64,000 nucleotides of DNA from a virus. Shown one piece after another: positions 28,127 through 38,944 of the stretch; position 1 is the stretch's first letter, and the number at the start of each line of letters is the position of its first letter. The stretch spans positions 58,555 through 122,554 of the IMG/VR virus record IMGVR_UViG_3300012347_000211; one strand, given 5' to 3'. Position numbers and translations under genes: made by a program. Below the pieces are notes generated by a model. The model was not told where the DNA came from. It did no database searches and was given only the letters and a program-made list of their open reading frames with translations.

Positions 28127-30485
28127 CTGTAATGTCGTCCAATTTTTGTTTTAGTTCTTTGATAGATTCGATAATGACAGGGATCAACATTTGGTAAGAT
28201 ACGCTCTTCATTCCCTGTTCGTTGGTTCCAACAGCTTCTGGGAAAGGCTTCTCAACCTGTTGTGCTGACACACCATACTGTTTCTTATCGTCGCCGATAA
28301 AGTTGTACAGATAACCAGTAATTTGCTCAAGTTTGTCGAGCGCATTACTGATAGGCACAAGGTTTTGCTTCAATGTAACGTCAGACGTAGAATAGAAGTT
28401 GTTTGCGTATATATCCGCCGTAGAATTGCGCTGTGCAATTGTGTTCGCCACCGCGGCGATGCTTGCTCCGCCTGCAACAGCAGATGTCACGACATACTTC
28501 CATGTGGATGTGTTCGCTACTTCTAATTGGTCCAATTCAGTGTTGAATCTCATGTACGCGGTGCGGTTGAGAGTCGGACGGTTGAATGTATTACCAAATG
28601 GCATGCCGATTGCAGTATTGCCGTTGAATGTTGCCCAGCCGGATCCGTATATCGTGGTCGTGCCTAGGTTTAATGTACCCATTAGCCCGTCGATACTGAC
28701 GTTTGCCATACCGATTCCGGTACCATTGAACCATAGGCCGGTTTGGTTGATTGTGGCGTTGGCGGTCGAGTTGCCGGCTGTGAATCCAGCAGTCGATACC
28801 GATACGTTTGCATTTGGGCTGACAAATGATACTAACGGGTAGCCAGTAGCGTTAGCAGTAAATGCCGCAGCAATAGTATTGCTTGCCGTAGTACCTGTAA
28901 TGATTGAGAATGATGTGCTATTTGTAACAGTTCTTGTCGATGTGTTGGCAGCAATCTGAATATCGATTGGGGTAATAACAGTGTTTGTGGTTGCGTGCGA
29001 GACGCGCAACATTACGTTTGCATTACCAGCAGCAGACGCGACAATTTGTTGTGTCGCGTTTGCTGCGTTAGTTACTCTAAACGATCCAGTGTTCGCATCG
29101 CCCGCAATGACTGCCCATGACGCATTAGCGATCCCATTAGAACTGATGCTGAACGTCCTAGCTCTAAATTCTCCAGCAAAGGTGCTATTAGCCGTTTGCA
29201 TGCCGAGACTACCCACAGTTGCGTTGCTAACGCCTCCCGAATCCGACATAAACATAGCACTGTATCTACTAATATTCACACCTAGGCTACTACTGCCCAG
29301 TTCGATAACTTCCGGGGTAATGTATATGGCGTCAGCGGTCGATGCAACATACACATATCCGTTAGCCACAGTAGTGGCGAAGCCGCCGTTTGCTGTATTA
29401 CCTGCAACCATGCCGGTCGATGTGATTGTAGTGTTGCTAGTATTGTTACCGACGTAAAATCTGGCTGGAGTTGTGTACGCCATGGACGTGGTATTTGCGA
29501 CGGTCAGTTGCGTGGCCCTGAGGTCAGCCTGTACAGTTGAATTGCCGATGAAGAAGTATGAACCGACGTTCATAAACGCAGCAACTCCAGATCCAAACAC
29601 AACATTGCCCTCCGCTGTAGTAATGCCCTTGATTACCAGCGCGTTTGCTGTCAATTGCGAGCCATTAACAACAACGGTGTTTGAGAATGATGCAGCCTTG
29701 GTAACAACAAGTTCTGTATTTACAGTAGCCGATGTACGGCCAAACGACAGAGTATCCACCACATCCAGCGCACCATTGGCGGACGTCGTGTTGGCACCAG
29801 ACGATACAGTCAGCGTGCCAGTGTTCTGGCTATGAGCAATGAGCATCGCATATGGATACGATGTGTTGCTGAGGCTGGTATTTGAAGTCTCGTCCCAGTT
29901 GAATGAGATGGCATTAGCGCTGATTCGGACTGGCCCAGAATTTTCAGAGGCCATGCTGATTTCAATAGCATGTACGTCACCAGACGTTTGTTCCATTGTG
30001 ATGGTGCCACCATCGACGAACAACTTCTTGTCGTTTGAGAAAACAAACTGACCTTCGTTGATGTCTACGTTGCCGCTGATTGCATGCACCGCACCATTGA
30101 CCGTTAGATCACCAGCAGTCATGCTGAAATTGCCAACCTGGATAGCAACGTTGCTGTTCTGATACGTTGCAACTACATTAGCTACAACCACCTCTGTGGT
30201 GTTGGCTGAGATGAACGAATCTGTGTTTCCTACATGAGCGGTACCAGAATCAACCGACGACACAATAACAGCGTTACCGGTCAACGTACCGTCAATTTGC
30301 ACGTTGGCAACAGCCACAGCTATGTTGCCGATGGTAAGTGGATGTAGTGTCCTTACTACGGTGGAGTTGGCAATGAAGCCACCATCAGTTGTAAACAACA
30401 CTCCTCCAACCTCAACGTTGGACGTTAGTTGAGCGTCTCCTGCGACCAGTAAGCCATTCTCGGCCTTAAATCTTGTATCTGCCAT
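28098..30485 (-). CDS. Tail fibre/spike with C-terminal intramolecular chaperone (Peptidase S74-like)
   Basis: C-terminal TSDVTLKQNLVPISNALDKLEQITGYLYNF...GVSAQQVEKPFPEAV...SVSYQMLIPVIIESIKEL. Confidence 0.85.
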   Translation of the reverse strand: MADTRFKAENGLLVAGDAQLTSNVEVGGVLFTTDGGFIANSTVVRTLHPLTIGNIAVAVANVQIDGTLTGNAVIVSSVDSGTAHVGNTDSFISANTTEVVVANVVATYQNSNVAIQVGNFSMTAGDLTVNGAVHAISGNVDINEGQFVFSNDKKLFVDGGTITMEQTSGDVHAIEISMASENSGPVRISANAISFNWDETSNTSLSNTSYPYAMLIAHSQNTGTLTVSSGANTTSANGALDVVDTLSFGRTSATVNTELVVTKAASFSNTVVVNGSQLTANALVIKGITTAEGNVVFGSGVAAFMNVGSYFFIGNSTVQADLRATQLTVANTTSMAYTTPARFYVGNNTSNTTITSTGMVAGNTANGGFATTVANGYVYVASTADAIYITPEVIELGSSSLGVNISRYSAMFMSDSGGVSNATVGSLGMQTANSTFAGEFRARTFSISSNGIANASWAVIAGDANTGSFRVTNAANATQQIVASAAGNANVMLRVSHATTNTVITPIDIQIAANTSTRTVTNSTSFSIITGTTASNTIAAAFTANATGYPLVSFVSPNANVSVSTAGFTAGNSTANATINQTGLWFNGTGIGMANVSIDGLMGTLNLGTTTIYGSGWATFNGNTAIGMPFGNTFNRPTLNRTAYMRFNTELDQLEVANTSTWKYVVTSAVAGGASIAAVANTIAQRNSTADIYANNFYSTSDVTLKQNLVPISNALDKLEQITGYLYNFIGDDKKQYGVSAQQVEKPFPEAVGTNEQGMKSVSYQMLIPVIIESIKELKQKLDDITDGGKNKPRY

Positions 30486-30493
30486 TCGTTACC

Positions 30494-31738
30494 TTATTTG
30501 ATCAAATTGACTAGCAACTTAACCGATGAGTTATCAACAGTTTGCTTGAATCGTAGATTGACTACGCCACCTGTAACGACAGCAGAGAATACTCCCACGT
30601 TTGCTGTATTAGGTGCAGCTACTGTACCGTATGATGTAATGTATACGTTTGTGCCGCCATTGTGGGCGACAAGCAGTTTGACAATCTGCGTGCCTACTGT
30701 GATGTTCTTTGCGACAGCAGTTACTTCTGCGGCCGAATAAGAGCTCTTTGTGAATGTGTATACGTTCATGGCAGCTGATGTGCCAGTGCCTATGTCAGTA
30801 TTAGATACCGTGACTTGCTGGAAATCTTCGGTGAAGAATACACCACCATTGAAGTTTACAGTATTAGCGAATGTGGTATTTGCACCAGTAGCATATACGT
30901 TAGCTTGAATTTCAGCAGCGGTCGTGCCGATAATCACATTGCCTCCACCAGCGATTGTGGTGCCAGACATATTGATTGTGATGCCCGCTACGTTTGCACG
31001 GGTACCTGTGACGTTCAAGTTAGCAGTCACATTCAGTGTGTTACCACCGATCGTAGAAGTCGTACCAACACCATCGTTCACTACACGGACGCCAAAAACA
31101 CTACTGTTACCGATTGCAGTGTTTGTGCTGAATATAGCAACGTTGCCAGCATTGACAGCAAACCTAGTTACGGCATTGGAGGTAACAGAATTAGCAATCG
31201 TGTTCAATGTCTCTACGGTGAAGCTTGCTGCGTTACTTGTAGACACCACGTTGAATAGTTTCGTACCTGTACCAGCGATGTTCCATACGGCAAAGTCACT
31301 AACGACGTCGAGTTTGGTTGTATCGATTGTAGCGTTTGTGCCAGAGATGAAGATGTTAGCAACACCGGATCCAACAGCAACGTTTCCGTTGAATGTCGTT
31401 GGAATCGCAACGTTCATCGTTTTGTTGGTACCACCAATGGTGACGTTAGCTTGTGTGCTAATGACATTGAGATATGTTCCACGAACATCGATATTTGATG
31501 TGCATGTCAGGGTCGCGCTAGTAGTAACATTACCACCACGGATCGTTTCGGTCGCTGTCAGCGTATTTGCGGAGAAGATACCATTGACGTATGCATTACC
31601 AGACGTCTGACCCCCCGCCGTATTAGGTGCAGTGGTGACAGCGAGCGTCGAAATGATATCGAGCCCGTAGTTGGTTTTGGTAATCCACGATTCGAATGTA
31701 TCCGAGATCGCGTAAACGTTGGAAAGGTTAAATGCCAT
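30494..31738 (-). CDS. Virion structural / short fibre-like protein
   Basis: N-terminal SDTFESWITKTN motif typical of T4-like fibre attachment domains; N/T/V-rich beta body. Confidence 0.65.
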   Translation of the reverse strand: MAFNLSNVYAISDTFESWITKTNYGLDIISTLAVTTAPNTAGGQTSGNAYVNGIFSANTLTATETIRGGNVTTSATLTCTSNIDVRGTYLNVISTQANVTIGGTNKTMNVAIPTTFNGNVAVGSGVANIFISGTNATIDTTKLDVVSDFAVWNIAGTGTKLFNVVSTSNAASFTVETLNTIANSVTSNAVTRFAVNAGNVAIFSTNTAIGNSSVFGVRVVNDGVGTTSTIGGNTLNVTANLNVTGTRANVAGITINMSGTTIAGGGNVIIGTTAAEIQANVYATGANTTFANTVNFNGGVFFTEDFQQVTVSNTDIGTGTSAAMNVYTFTKSSYSAAEVTAVAKNITVGTQIVKLLVAHNGGTNVYITSYGTVAAPNTANVGVFSAVVTGGVVNLRFKQTVDNSSVKLLVNLIK

Positions 31739-31951
31739 TTATAGTCTCTTGCAAATTTCTTGGAGCATGTTCTTGATATCTTGGACGTCTTGCTTCAATG
31801 TGTTAACTTCATCGCTCAGGCTCTCACGAGCTAGACGCTCAGCGCGCTGTTGCTTGTATTGAGCCATGCTTTGTTTGTTTGTATTTATGATGGCCTTTGA
31901 ACGGGGATCCCGCGCAAAGCCATCAGCATCAGTCTTAAAATATTCCGTCAT
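31739..31951 (-). CDS. Small coiled-coil protein conserved downstream of DUF4815 genes
   Basis: ARDPRSKAIINTN...EVNTLKQDVQDIKNML; abuts both neighbours. Confidence 0.75.
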   Translation of the reverse strand: MTEYFKTDADGFARDPRSKAIINTNKQSMAQYKQQRAERLARESLSDEVNTLKQDVQDIKNMLQEICKRL

Positions 31952-31952
31952 G

Positions 31953-34900
31953 TTAGATCATTACAGCAATTGCTCTCATATCACTGACCACCGGAACGGT
32001 GATTTGATTGTCAGCTCTCAGCACAATCTTTACAGCAAGATATTTATATCCTGAGTATTGAGCTGTTAGCGTGCCATCGCTTGCGGCACCGTGGTAGACA
32101 GCAATGTAGCCCGGAGACGTTCTGTTGTATCGGAACGATCCTCTTGGCTGCGTTACCTTCTCTACCGTTGCACCTGCTAGGGTGAACGAAGGAGCAGAAT
32201 CAACTGCAAATTGTGAGGAGTTGGATACCGCAGTAACTGTTCTGATGTCGTAGTCGTCGTTAGTAGCAACAACCAAGGTACCGTTTGCTGCTGTGCTATC
32301 AGCCTTAACCAATTTCACAAGATCGCCAACCACCAACTCACTATCAACACGAGCTGTGCTATCCATGATAACTGTGGTGCTACCAGTAGAAGTGTTGGCT
32401 TTGCCGGTCATTCTCAGAGACGGAAGTGTCTTTGGAAGGACGTACACATACTCTTTGAAGTCGCCAGAATTTCCTGGGTTGCCATATAGACCTGCTGTAG
32501 CAGCAGTCTTTTCGAGCAATGTCCATTCCTTATTCGATGCCACTTCAGCATCACCTTCGTGGATTACGCGAGTGTATACGTCAACGTCTGTTCCGAGCGG
32601 ACGGTATGCAGTGATGTATACCTTCAAATCTTCTGCTTCATATTGATCGGCAAGTTCGATGTACTTGGAGATGTACTTGTTCTTGCTCACACCAAAGCGT
32701 TGAGTCTCGTTCGGGTGGAATTCGACAAACGTCTCAACAGGAACACCGCCCGTCGTTGGCTTAGAGATTGTCACGACGTTACCGTTGACCGCTGTCACGA
32801 CAGCGTCTGTAGGAATACCTAGACCACGAATACCCATACCAGCCACGACACGAGTGCCGTCTGTAATAGCGACTGTAGTAGATGTCGTGCTATATGTGGC
32901 GAGCTGTCTGAATGTGGTGTAGTTGTCGATCTGGTTAGCAATCAATTCCAACGAGATAGGCGAAATGTCAACTGCTGGCGATGCCAAGCTGACACCAGTC
33001 TGCAAGTTTTCCGACATCTTGAATGATGTCACAACGGACGAGCCATTGATTTCGTTCGAACGGCTCTTCAACACAGATGTGAATGGAAGAGCTGTTGGTC
33101 CTGCATCCTCGCCTGTCGTAGCGCTAAGGATAGTCTCGTTTGGCTTAGCAGTCTTGTATGTGCGTGTCAACGATGTACCTTGTGGAGCCATTGTTTCGAT
33201 CTTTGGTTCAACATATTGGTATGTGATGTCATCGATCGATGCAACGTTAGCCACGCCAGATCCAAGAGCACATACAATTGCACGGCCAGAGTCGGCATTG
33301 AGGAGTACGTGTTGTGATTGGACGAACTTGTTAGTCGAATCGCTAGCAGTAGACTTCTTCAAATACAGCTTCTGATCATTGATACGGTAACGGTCAACCT
33401 CGCCAGTAATAACCTTCATGTAGTTTACAGCACTGAGTGTGTTAGCAGCTGGAACTGGATTGATCTGGCTGAACTTAGGTCCCTTGCTGATCTTGATCTG
33501 GCTATCGTTGGAGATAGAGGATACCTTGACGATATCATAAACGACCGAATTGAGTTTTTGGAACTCTGTAGCAGTCGTGATTGCAGCTGTTACTGGAGCG
33601 TCCAATGTTAGGTTAGTTGTGTTGCTGATGTTGATAACTTGGCGCACATGGTTGGAAACCAACACGTGGTCGCCAATCGACAGTTCGCTAGTAAAGTCAG
33701 TACCAGTGCCCACTAAGTTGGCAGCGGTTGTAGTAGCCTTAACAGTACCTGTCAAGTTTGCGCTTGGATCAAGACCGTATGTTAGCAACAAGCTATCGCC
33801 TGTATTGAGCGTCGATGTGAATGATGTGTTAGTACCAGACACGATGAAGTCGTTCGTTGCATTTGCTGCTGATGTATCCAATGTGCCTGGCTGGTATGAT
33901 GTGCTCTTCTGAGCAACCACATCGCCACGATCGAATGAACCAGTAGGGTTTGCCAATGTCAAGAATTCATAGTTATCGTGAGTGAACGAAGCGGCGCCAG
34001 TAGTAGAACCACTGAAGTCAGCCTGATACATCGTAAACTTCAAGTCTTCGAATGAGTGTGGGTTCCATGCTGTGTTGTTCACAGATGTAAACATTTGTCC
34101 TGTACCCCAATCGTTCTTCGCGACCAAGTTAGGGTTAGTGACGTCTGAGTTACCAGCTTCGCCTGTCCACACATAGAAGTCTGGGCAGAGTCCGTCAGGG
34201 ATCACAACGATACAGTACTCTTCGCCTGATTTCAAGAACACAGGAGAATCGAACGTGAACGTAGTTGGCTTTGATGCATCATCGGATGCATTGATCAATT
34301 CGGTTGGCAACCACTTACGGCTGAATGGAATCAACTGTTGTCCTGGATACCCGTTAATGGTACTTCTGATCTGGATGGTCACACCCTTATCATTGCTGAC
34401 AGACTTTGTAGCGAAGTACAGATCGATCTTGGTGATATACACACCCTCAGTCGATGTCTTCAGTGCGTCAGGCACCTTAAATGTTTGTGCAACAGGATCG
34501 CCACCGCATGATGGAATTGTCCAAGATGATGTAGTGGTGAGTACAGTAGTACCAACTTTACCAGTAAACGATGTATACAACTTAGTATCAACGCTCTCCA
34601 ATTTCTTGGTGGAGATTGTTACTTGTTGGTTGTCGACATCGAGGTTGTATGCAACGTACTTTGCGTTGGTGAACGAAATCGAAGCCTCTTCTGATCCGAT
34701 GTTGGATACGTCGATGATCTTGATCTTGCGTTCGCCGACGTAGAATGTGTCAGCAGGAATCGAGAAGATACCAGCCAATTGACCACGGTCGTCGGTGCGG
34801 AGTTCGCCACCTTTGATGCCTGTTGGCACGATGGTCGCGTTATCTACAGGGCCACCAGACAGGCTGCCGATGTATTTTGCTGGAACGGTGTGAGCATTCA

Positions 34901-37900
34901 CATCCACATCATCAAAGTAGATGTAGTGGCGAGTATTTGGACGCAGGCCAGTAGCCAAGAAGGTTACTGGGTTAGCGCGCATGAATGGTTTGAACTGTAC
35001 GCTAGACACAGACGAGAAGTTTGCGTCATTGGTTGTAGTGACGGGACCACCAGTGATGTTGGCCTTCTCGATGATGCCCATCTGATCATACGATGTCAGA
35101 GTGGTCTGAGTAGCAGTACTACCAGATACAGACACTGAGCTAACAGAACCAGTCTGCTTCAAAGACTGTACTGTTGTCTTGCCATCCATCAGCTTGAACG
35201 CAGCGTTGACAGCGTCGATTACTTCGTTCTGAGCTGCAGCAAGGTCGATTGTTACGTTGACAGGAGCGATGTCCTTATCATACTGGCCATCGAACTTAGG
35301 ATACAAGAACAACTGGCCTTTGAATCTCCACAATTCACCCGCGATGTTTCTCTCGTTTGTTCCATATGTCTGTGACAACAATGGCTTGTGGGTGTATGGG
35401 AGAGTAACCAATTCTGAGTGGCCTCTGACGTTGGTTGTTTCAGAACCAATCGTTGTGTCGAACTTCAAGTCGACGTCTTCAGCACGGACACGAGGACGCA
35501 GTACGCCGTTCTTTGTATCAACGAAAGCGCTGAATTCAGAGTCGGCCAAATTAGACACACCAAAGTCTTCGAAGGAATCAACCAAGAATCCATTGAGTGC
35601 GGTTTGGTTTTGTGTGGAGTCTTTTGTCTTTGACTCTAGACGATTGAGCAACGAATAGTATTCGAGACGTTCAATGCGCTTATCGAAGTTTCCGATTTCC
35701 TTCATAGTGTAACGCTTTTGTTGGCGTGACACAGATGCTTTGACAGCTAGGTCAGTTCTATTCACAGCACCAGCGCTGATAGGATCAAGCGACGGATATG
35801 GTGGAACGTTGATTGTAGCCAACAGCATTGAGTTTGGCGGAGTGTTCGGTTCTTGTGGGTTCAGTGAAGGCTTACCTTCGATGAATGTCAACGAACCGCC
35901 GTTCAATGGGTCGAATTGAGCGCCAAGAACAACCTTATCTACACGCGACTGATATACTTCCAAATCAGCAATCAAGTACTTAGTTGGTGATGGGAAGTAG
36001 TTTGGCGACACAGAGATTGTTTCAGTAGCTGACGGATCAACTGTTGCTCCTGCCAATGAGGTAGCCACAGCATTAGCTGTGTTAGCGACTAGAGGACGGA
36101 AGTCTATAGAGTTGCGCAAATCATATACAGCGCCGTCTCTGTTCGATACGAACACTTCAATCTCTTCAGTAGTGATAGCGATTGTGTTTGCAGATTGGTT
36201 GACGTCATCGATAGGATACGATGCTGGGCCAGCAAAGTATGCGCCACCAGTAACATCAGAGTGGCCGTAGTATGTGTCCAACTTAACAACCAAGCTAGCG
36301 CCAGTTGTGTTTACAGTGGATCCTGGCTTCTTCTTCAACGAAGATAGACCATACAAGTTGTCGCGTTGACCGTTATCCAATTCAAATTGGCTTACGTAGT
36401 TCGTAGTGTTTGCGGCATAGTTGTTAGCCGATCCAATATACACACCAGTGATTTTGTGTGTATCAGGAATACCCAAGCACCAAGGACCATTCGGCTTAGT
36501 AGTTGTAGCTGCAGTAGAGATCTTTACCAGCACATCCTTTTGCAGTTTCTTGGTACGCAATGGTGGGTTGGCAACCTTGGCATTGTAGTATGCGGTTGTT
36601 GGCATCGGCGATGCTAGTGTTGCGCCGATGTACGTTAGACCCAAATCAGCAGTTACTGTGTTTGCGCTATTGACGCGAATAGTAGCAGCTGTCCTGTTCA
36701 GCAAGTTGATTGGCTGATACTTAGGGAAGTAGATCGCCACGTTACCGGTCATCGCAGCCGCATAGTTAGTATCGGTATACAACTTGAGGTTGGATTCGAT
36801 CTGCGTGATACGCTTAACGACAGTAGCTGTTGTGTTGGCAATCGCAATGAAGTCGCCGACAGTGAATGCTGTAGTAAACGTGGTACCTGTACCTGTAACA
36901 GTGTTGCTACCAAGTGTTACAGCAGCGCTCCAACCAGCAAGGTTGCTTGTTTGGGTGTTTGCTGTTGGGATGAAGATGAAGTCGTTCTCTTCTGTTGTTG
37001 ACAGCACTGTACCAGGTGTGTATGGGAATGTTGTATCAGAAGATGAGAATGTAATCTGGACATTGCCAGTAGACGCGAAGGTAACACCAGTGTTAACTGT
37101 TCTGTATACCAGCGTTGCGTTGTTGGTAGACTTGAGTGCACCTGCACCAACTGGGAACACGAGACCGTCTTTGTTGACGTCGTATAGTTTTGCCTTTTGG
37201 ACTGAGCTATTACCAGAAGTTACCACGTCAGCTGCAGCTAGACTGGAGATACCAATCGAACGAGCTGATTCAAACGACTTGCCTGGATTCATCTTTACGT
37301 CATACAAGTACATGCGGTACTGGCCTTGAGGTGTACCTGGAATACCTGAATCATATTCAAGACCACGCAAACGCGCAGTACCGATACTACCTGTACCGGT
37401 TGGAATATTAGCACCATAGTTTGTGCTATTGGCTGCCTGCATTGCAGTGCTGTAGATAACAACGTTTGCAGACGATACAGGATTGAACCCGCTACCGGCT
37501 AGGTTATTAACATACACAAAGTTGCCAAAGTTTGTAGAGATGTACTGAGACTCGATCAATTGAGTGTCAGTAGACTTACGCATCGGGAAGCGGTAGTTGT
37601 TGAAGATTTCTGTACGGATACCTTGGACATAACCAACACCCGGAGTCACAACAGCGTTCAAGTGCGTTGTGTTAGCAACCAATGCGTCGCCAACCAAATC
37701 AAACTTCTCTTCTGCATACACGCCGAATGGGGTAACAACATAGTCGCCGCTCTCTTCGGATGTACGTTTTGCAGCCTCGGTGCTGAACGAGTTGTGAACA
37801 GTTTCGAGTTGAGTGCGTACTGGGTATCCATTTTGGAATTCAACCAACGTGAGGAACTCTGTATCAGCACGGGCTTCGTCTGGAGACAACACAACCAATT

Positions 37901-38933
37901 TTGGGATCAGTTGCAAGCGGTCTGCGCCAGGAGCCATTTCGTTTGTGGATCCAGCAGAGTTATCAAGGAGCGTGTCGTCCGAGTAGCTATTGATAACAGC
38001 TTCGGTGGTACTGAAACCCACGAATGCGTTGTTTGGTTGGCCATCTGCGATTGAACCATACTTGGACACCACCAATGTTTGTGGTGACACGTGCAGGAAG
38101 TGACCCTTCTGGAAGATCGTACCGTCGCTAACAGTAGCGGCGTAAGCTACGCCAACTGGATCAAAAGATGAATTCGCTACAACGAGTTGACCCAAGTAGT
38201 TGATGGCTGCGAGTTGAGCATCGATACCTGTGGTCGTATTGATCAGTACAGTAGGTGGGTTAACATAACCAGCACCCTTGTTAGTCACCGTAACTGTGCG
38301 GACTGTACCGTTAGCGTGCGTTGTTAGTGTGGCTTTAGCGCCTGCACCGCTATCGTTGTTTGCAACGAATTCGATAGTGTCTGTGTTAGAATATCCTACA
38401 CCACCCGCAACCACTTGCACAGACTCAACTGTACGGATACGGTTGTATGCTGTGAGGGTGTTGTTAGCCGAGTATGACTTCACATCGAACGGCTCGCCGT
38501 TGGTGTATGTCGATGTTCCAGTGTTGATATACTTAACGTATAGCGTGTTCAAGTCTGGAGCCAATGCTGTCAAGCCGCCCGCTTGATTAACAACTACAGA
38601 CTGAAGTCCATTGGTCGAGATTAGCAAAGAGTTTGCGAACGCATCTACGTCCACAGAGGTGCCGTTTAGTTGCTGATCTGCTAACTTGACGTAGTTGTAA
38701 TACGAGTCAAATGTGATGTTACATCCACGCAGAATGGTACCGCGGCGATATACACCATCACCAAAGCGTTCAACCTGGCTCTGCAACATTGCTTGGAGCT
38801 GGTTCAACTCACGCGCCTGGACAGCTACGCTAGGCTTAAAGAGCACTCGATGATAGTTATTCGCTTCTGCATTAGAAAAATCATCAAAATATGGAGCACC
38901 AGCAAGTGTGGTGTTCTGGATAGCTAATGGCAT
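31953..38933 (-). CDS. VrlC-like / DUF4815 large baseplate-associated structural protein
   Basis: APYFDDF...YHRVLFKPSVAVQARELNQLQAMLQSQVERFG, KRYTMKEIGNFDKRIERLEYYSLLN.LE, DPVAQTF, EDLKFTMYQADF; 2326 aa; follows gp8. Confidence 0.88.
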   Translation of the reverse strand: MPLAIQNTTLAGAPYFDDFSNAEANNYHRVLFKPSVAVQARELNQLQAMLQSQVERFGDGVYRRGTILRGCNITFDSYYNYVKLADQQLNGTSVDVDAFANSLLISTNGLQSVVVNQAGGLTALAPDLNTLYVKYINTGTSTYTNGEPFDVKSYSANNTLTAYNRIRTVESVQVVAGGVGYSNTDTIEFVANNDSGAGAKATLTTHANGTVRTVTVTNKGAGYVNPPTVLINTTTGIDAQLAAINYLGQLVVANSSFDPVGVAYAATVSDGTIFQKGHFLHVSPQTLVVSKYGSIADGQPNNAFVGFSTTEAVINSYSDDTLLDNSAGSTNEMAPGADRLQLIPKLVVLSPDEARADTEFLTLVEFQNGYPVRTQLETVHNSFSTEAAKRTSEESGDYVVTPFGVYAEEKFDLVGDALVANTTHLNAVVTPGVGYVQGIRTEIFNNYRFPMRKSTDTQLIESQYISTNFGNFVYVNNLAGSGFNPVSSANVVIYSTAMQAANSTNYGANIPTGTGSIGTARLRGLEYDSGIPGTPQGQYRMYLYDVKMNPGKSFESARSIGISSLAAADVVTSGNSSVQKAKLYDVNKDGLVFPVGAGALKSTNNATLVYRTVNTGVTFASTGNVQITFSSSDTTFPYTPGTVLSTTEENDFIFIPTANTQTSNLAGWSAAVTLGSNTVTGTGTTFTTAFTVGDFIAIANTTATVVKRITQIESNLKLYTDTNYAAAMTGNVAIYFPKYQPINLLNRTAATIRVNSANTVTADLGLTYIGATLASPMPTTAYYNAKVANPPLRTKKLQKDVLVKISTAATTTKPNGPWCLGIPDTHKITGVYIGSANNYAANTTNYVSQFELDNGQRDNLYGLSSLKKKPGSTVNTTGASLVVKLDTYYGHSDVTGGAYFAGPASYPIDDVNQSANTIAITTEEIEVFVSNRDGAVYDLRNSIDFRPLVANTANAVATSLAGATVDPSATETISVSPNYFPSPTKYLIADLEVYQSRVDKVVLGAQFDPLNGGSLTFIEGKPSLNPQEPNTPPNSMLLATINVPPYPSLDPISAGAVNRTDLAVKASVSRQQKRYTMKEIGNFDKRIERLEYYSLLNRLESKTKDSTQNQTALNGFLVDSFEDFGVSNLADSEFSAFVDTKNGVLRPRVRAEDVDLKFDTTIGSETTNVRGHSELVTLPYTHKPLLSQTYGTNERNIAGELWRFKGQLFLYPKFDGQYDKDIAPVNVTIDLAAAQNEVIDAVNAAFKLMDGKTTVQSLKQTGSVSSVSVSGSTATQTTLTSYDQMGIIEKANITGGPVTTTNDANFSSVSSVQFKPFMRANPVTFLATGLRPNTRHYIYFDDVDVNAHTVPAKYIGSLSGGPVDNATIVPTGIKGGELRTDDRGQLAGIFSIPADTFYVGERKIKIIDVSNIGSEEASISFTNAKYVAYNLDVDNQQVTISTKKLESVDTKLYTSFTGKVGTTVLTTTSSWTIPSCGGDPVAQTFKVPDALKTSTEGVYITKIDLYFATKSVSNDKGVTIQIRSTINGYPGQQLIPFSRKWLPTELINASDDASKPTTFTFDSPVFLKSGEEYCIVVIPDGLCPDFYVWTGEAGNSDVTNPNLVAKNDWGTGQMFTSVNNTAWNPHSFEDLKFTMYQADFSGSTTGAASFTHDNYEFLTLANPTGSFDRGDVVAQKSTSYQPGTLDTSAANATNDFIVSGTNTSFTSTLNTGDSLLLTYGLDPSANLTGTVKATTTAANLVGTGTDFTSELSIGDHVLVSNHVRQVINISNTTNLTLDAPVTAAITTATEFQKLNSVVYDIVKVSSISNDSQIKISKGPKFSQINPVPAANTLSAVNYMKVITGEVDRYRINDQKLYLKKSTASDSTNKFVQSQHVLLNADSGRAIVCALGSGVANVASIDDITYQYVEPKIETMAPQGTSLTRTYKTAKPNETILSATTGEDAGPTALPFTSVLKSRSNEINGSSVVTSFKMSENLQTGVSLASPAVDISPISLELIANQIDNYTTFRQLATYSTTSTTVAITDGTRVVAGMGIRGLGIPTDAVVTAVNGNVVTISKPTTGGVPVETFVEFHPNETQRFGVSKNKYISKYIELADQYEAEDLKVYITAYRPLGTDVDVYTRVIHEGDAEVASNKEWTLLEKTAATAGLYGNPGNSGDFKEYVYVLPKTLPSLRMTGKANTSTGSTTVIMDSTARVDSELVVGDLVKLVKADSTAANGTLVVATNDDYDIRTVTAVSNSSQFAVDSAPSFTLAGATVEKVTQPRGSFRYNRTSPGYIAVYHGAASDGTLTAQYSGYKYLAVKIVLRADNQITVPVVSDMRAIAVMI
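32041..32048 (-). promoter_or_regulatory. Intragenic late promoter TATAAATA at the 3' end of the DUF4815 gene
   Basis: tatttata at 32041-32048, ~90 nt upstream of ATG 31951; a second variant CATAAATA at 31882-31889. Confidence 0.5.
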
Positions 38934-38944
38934 TTATGTCCTCT

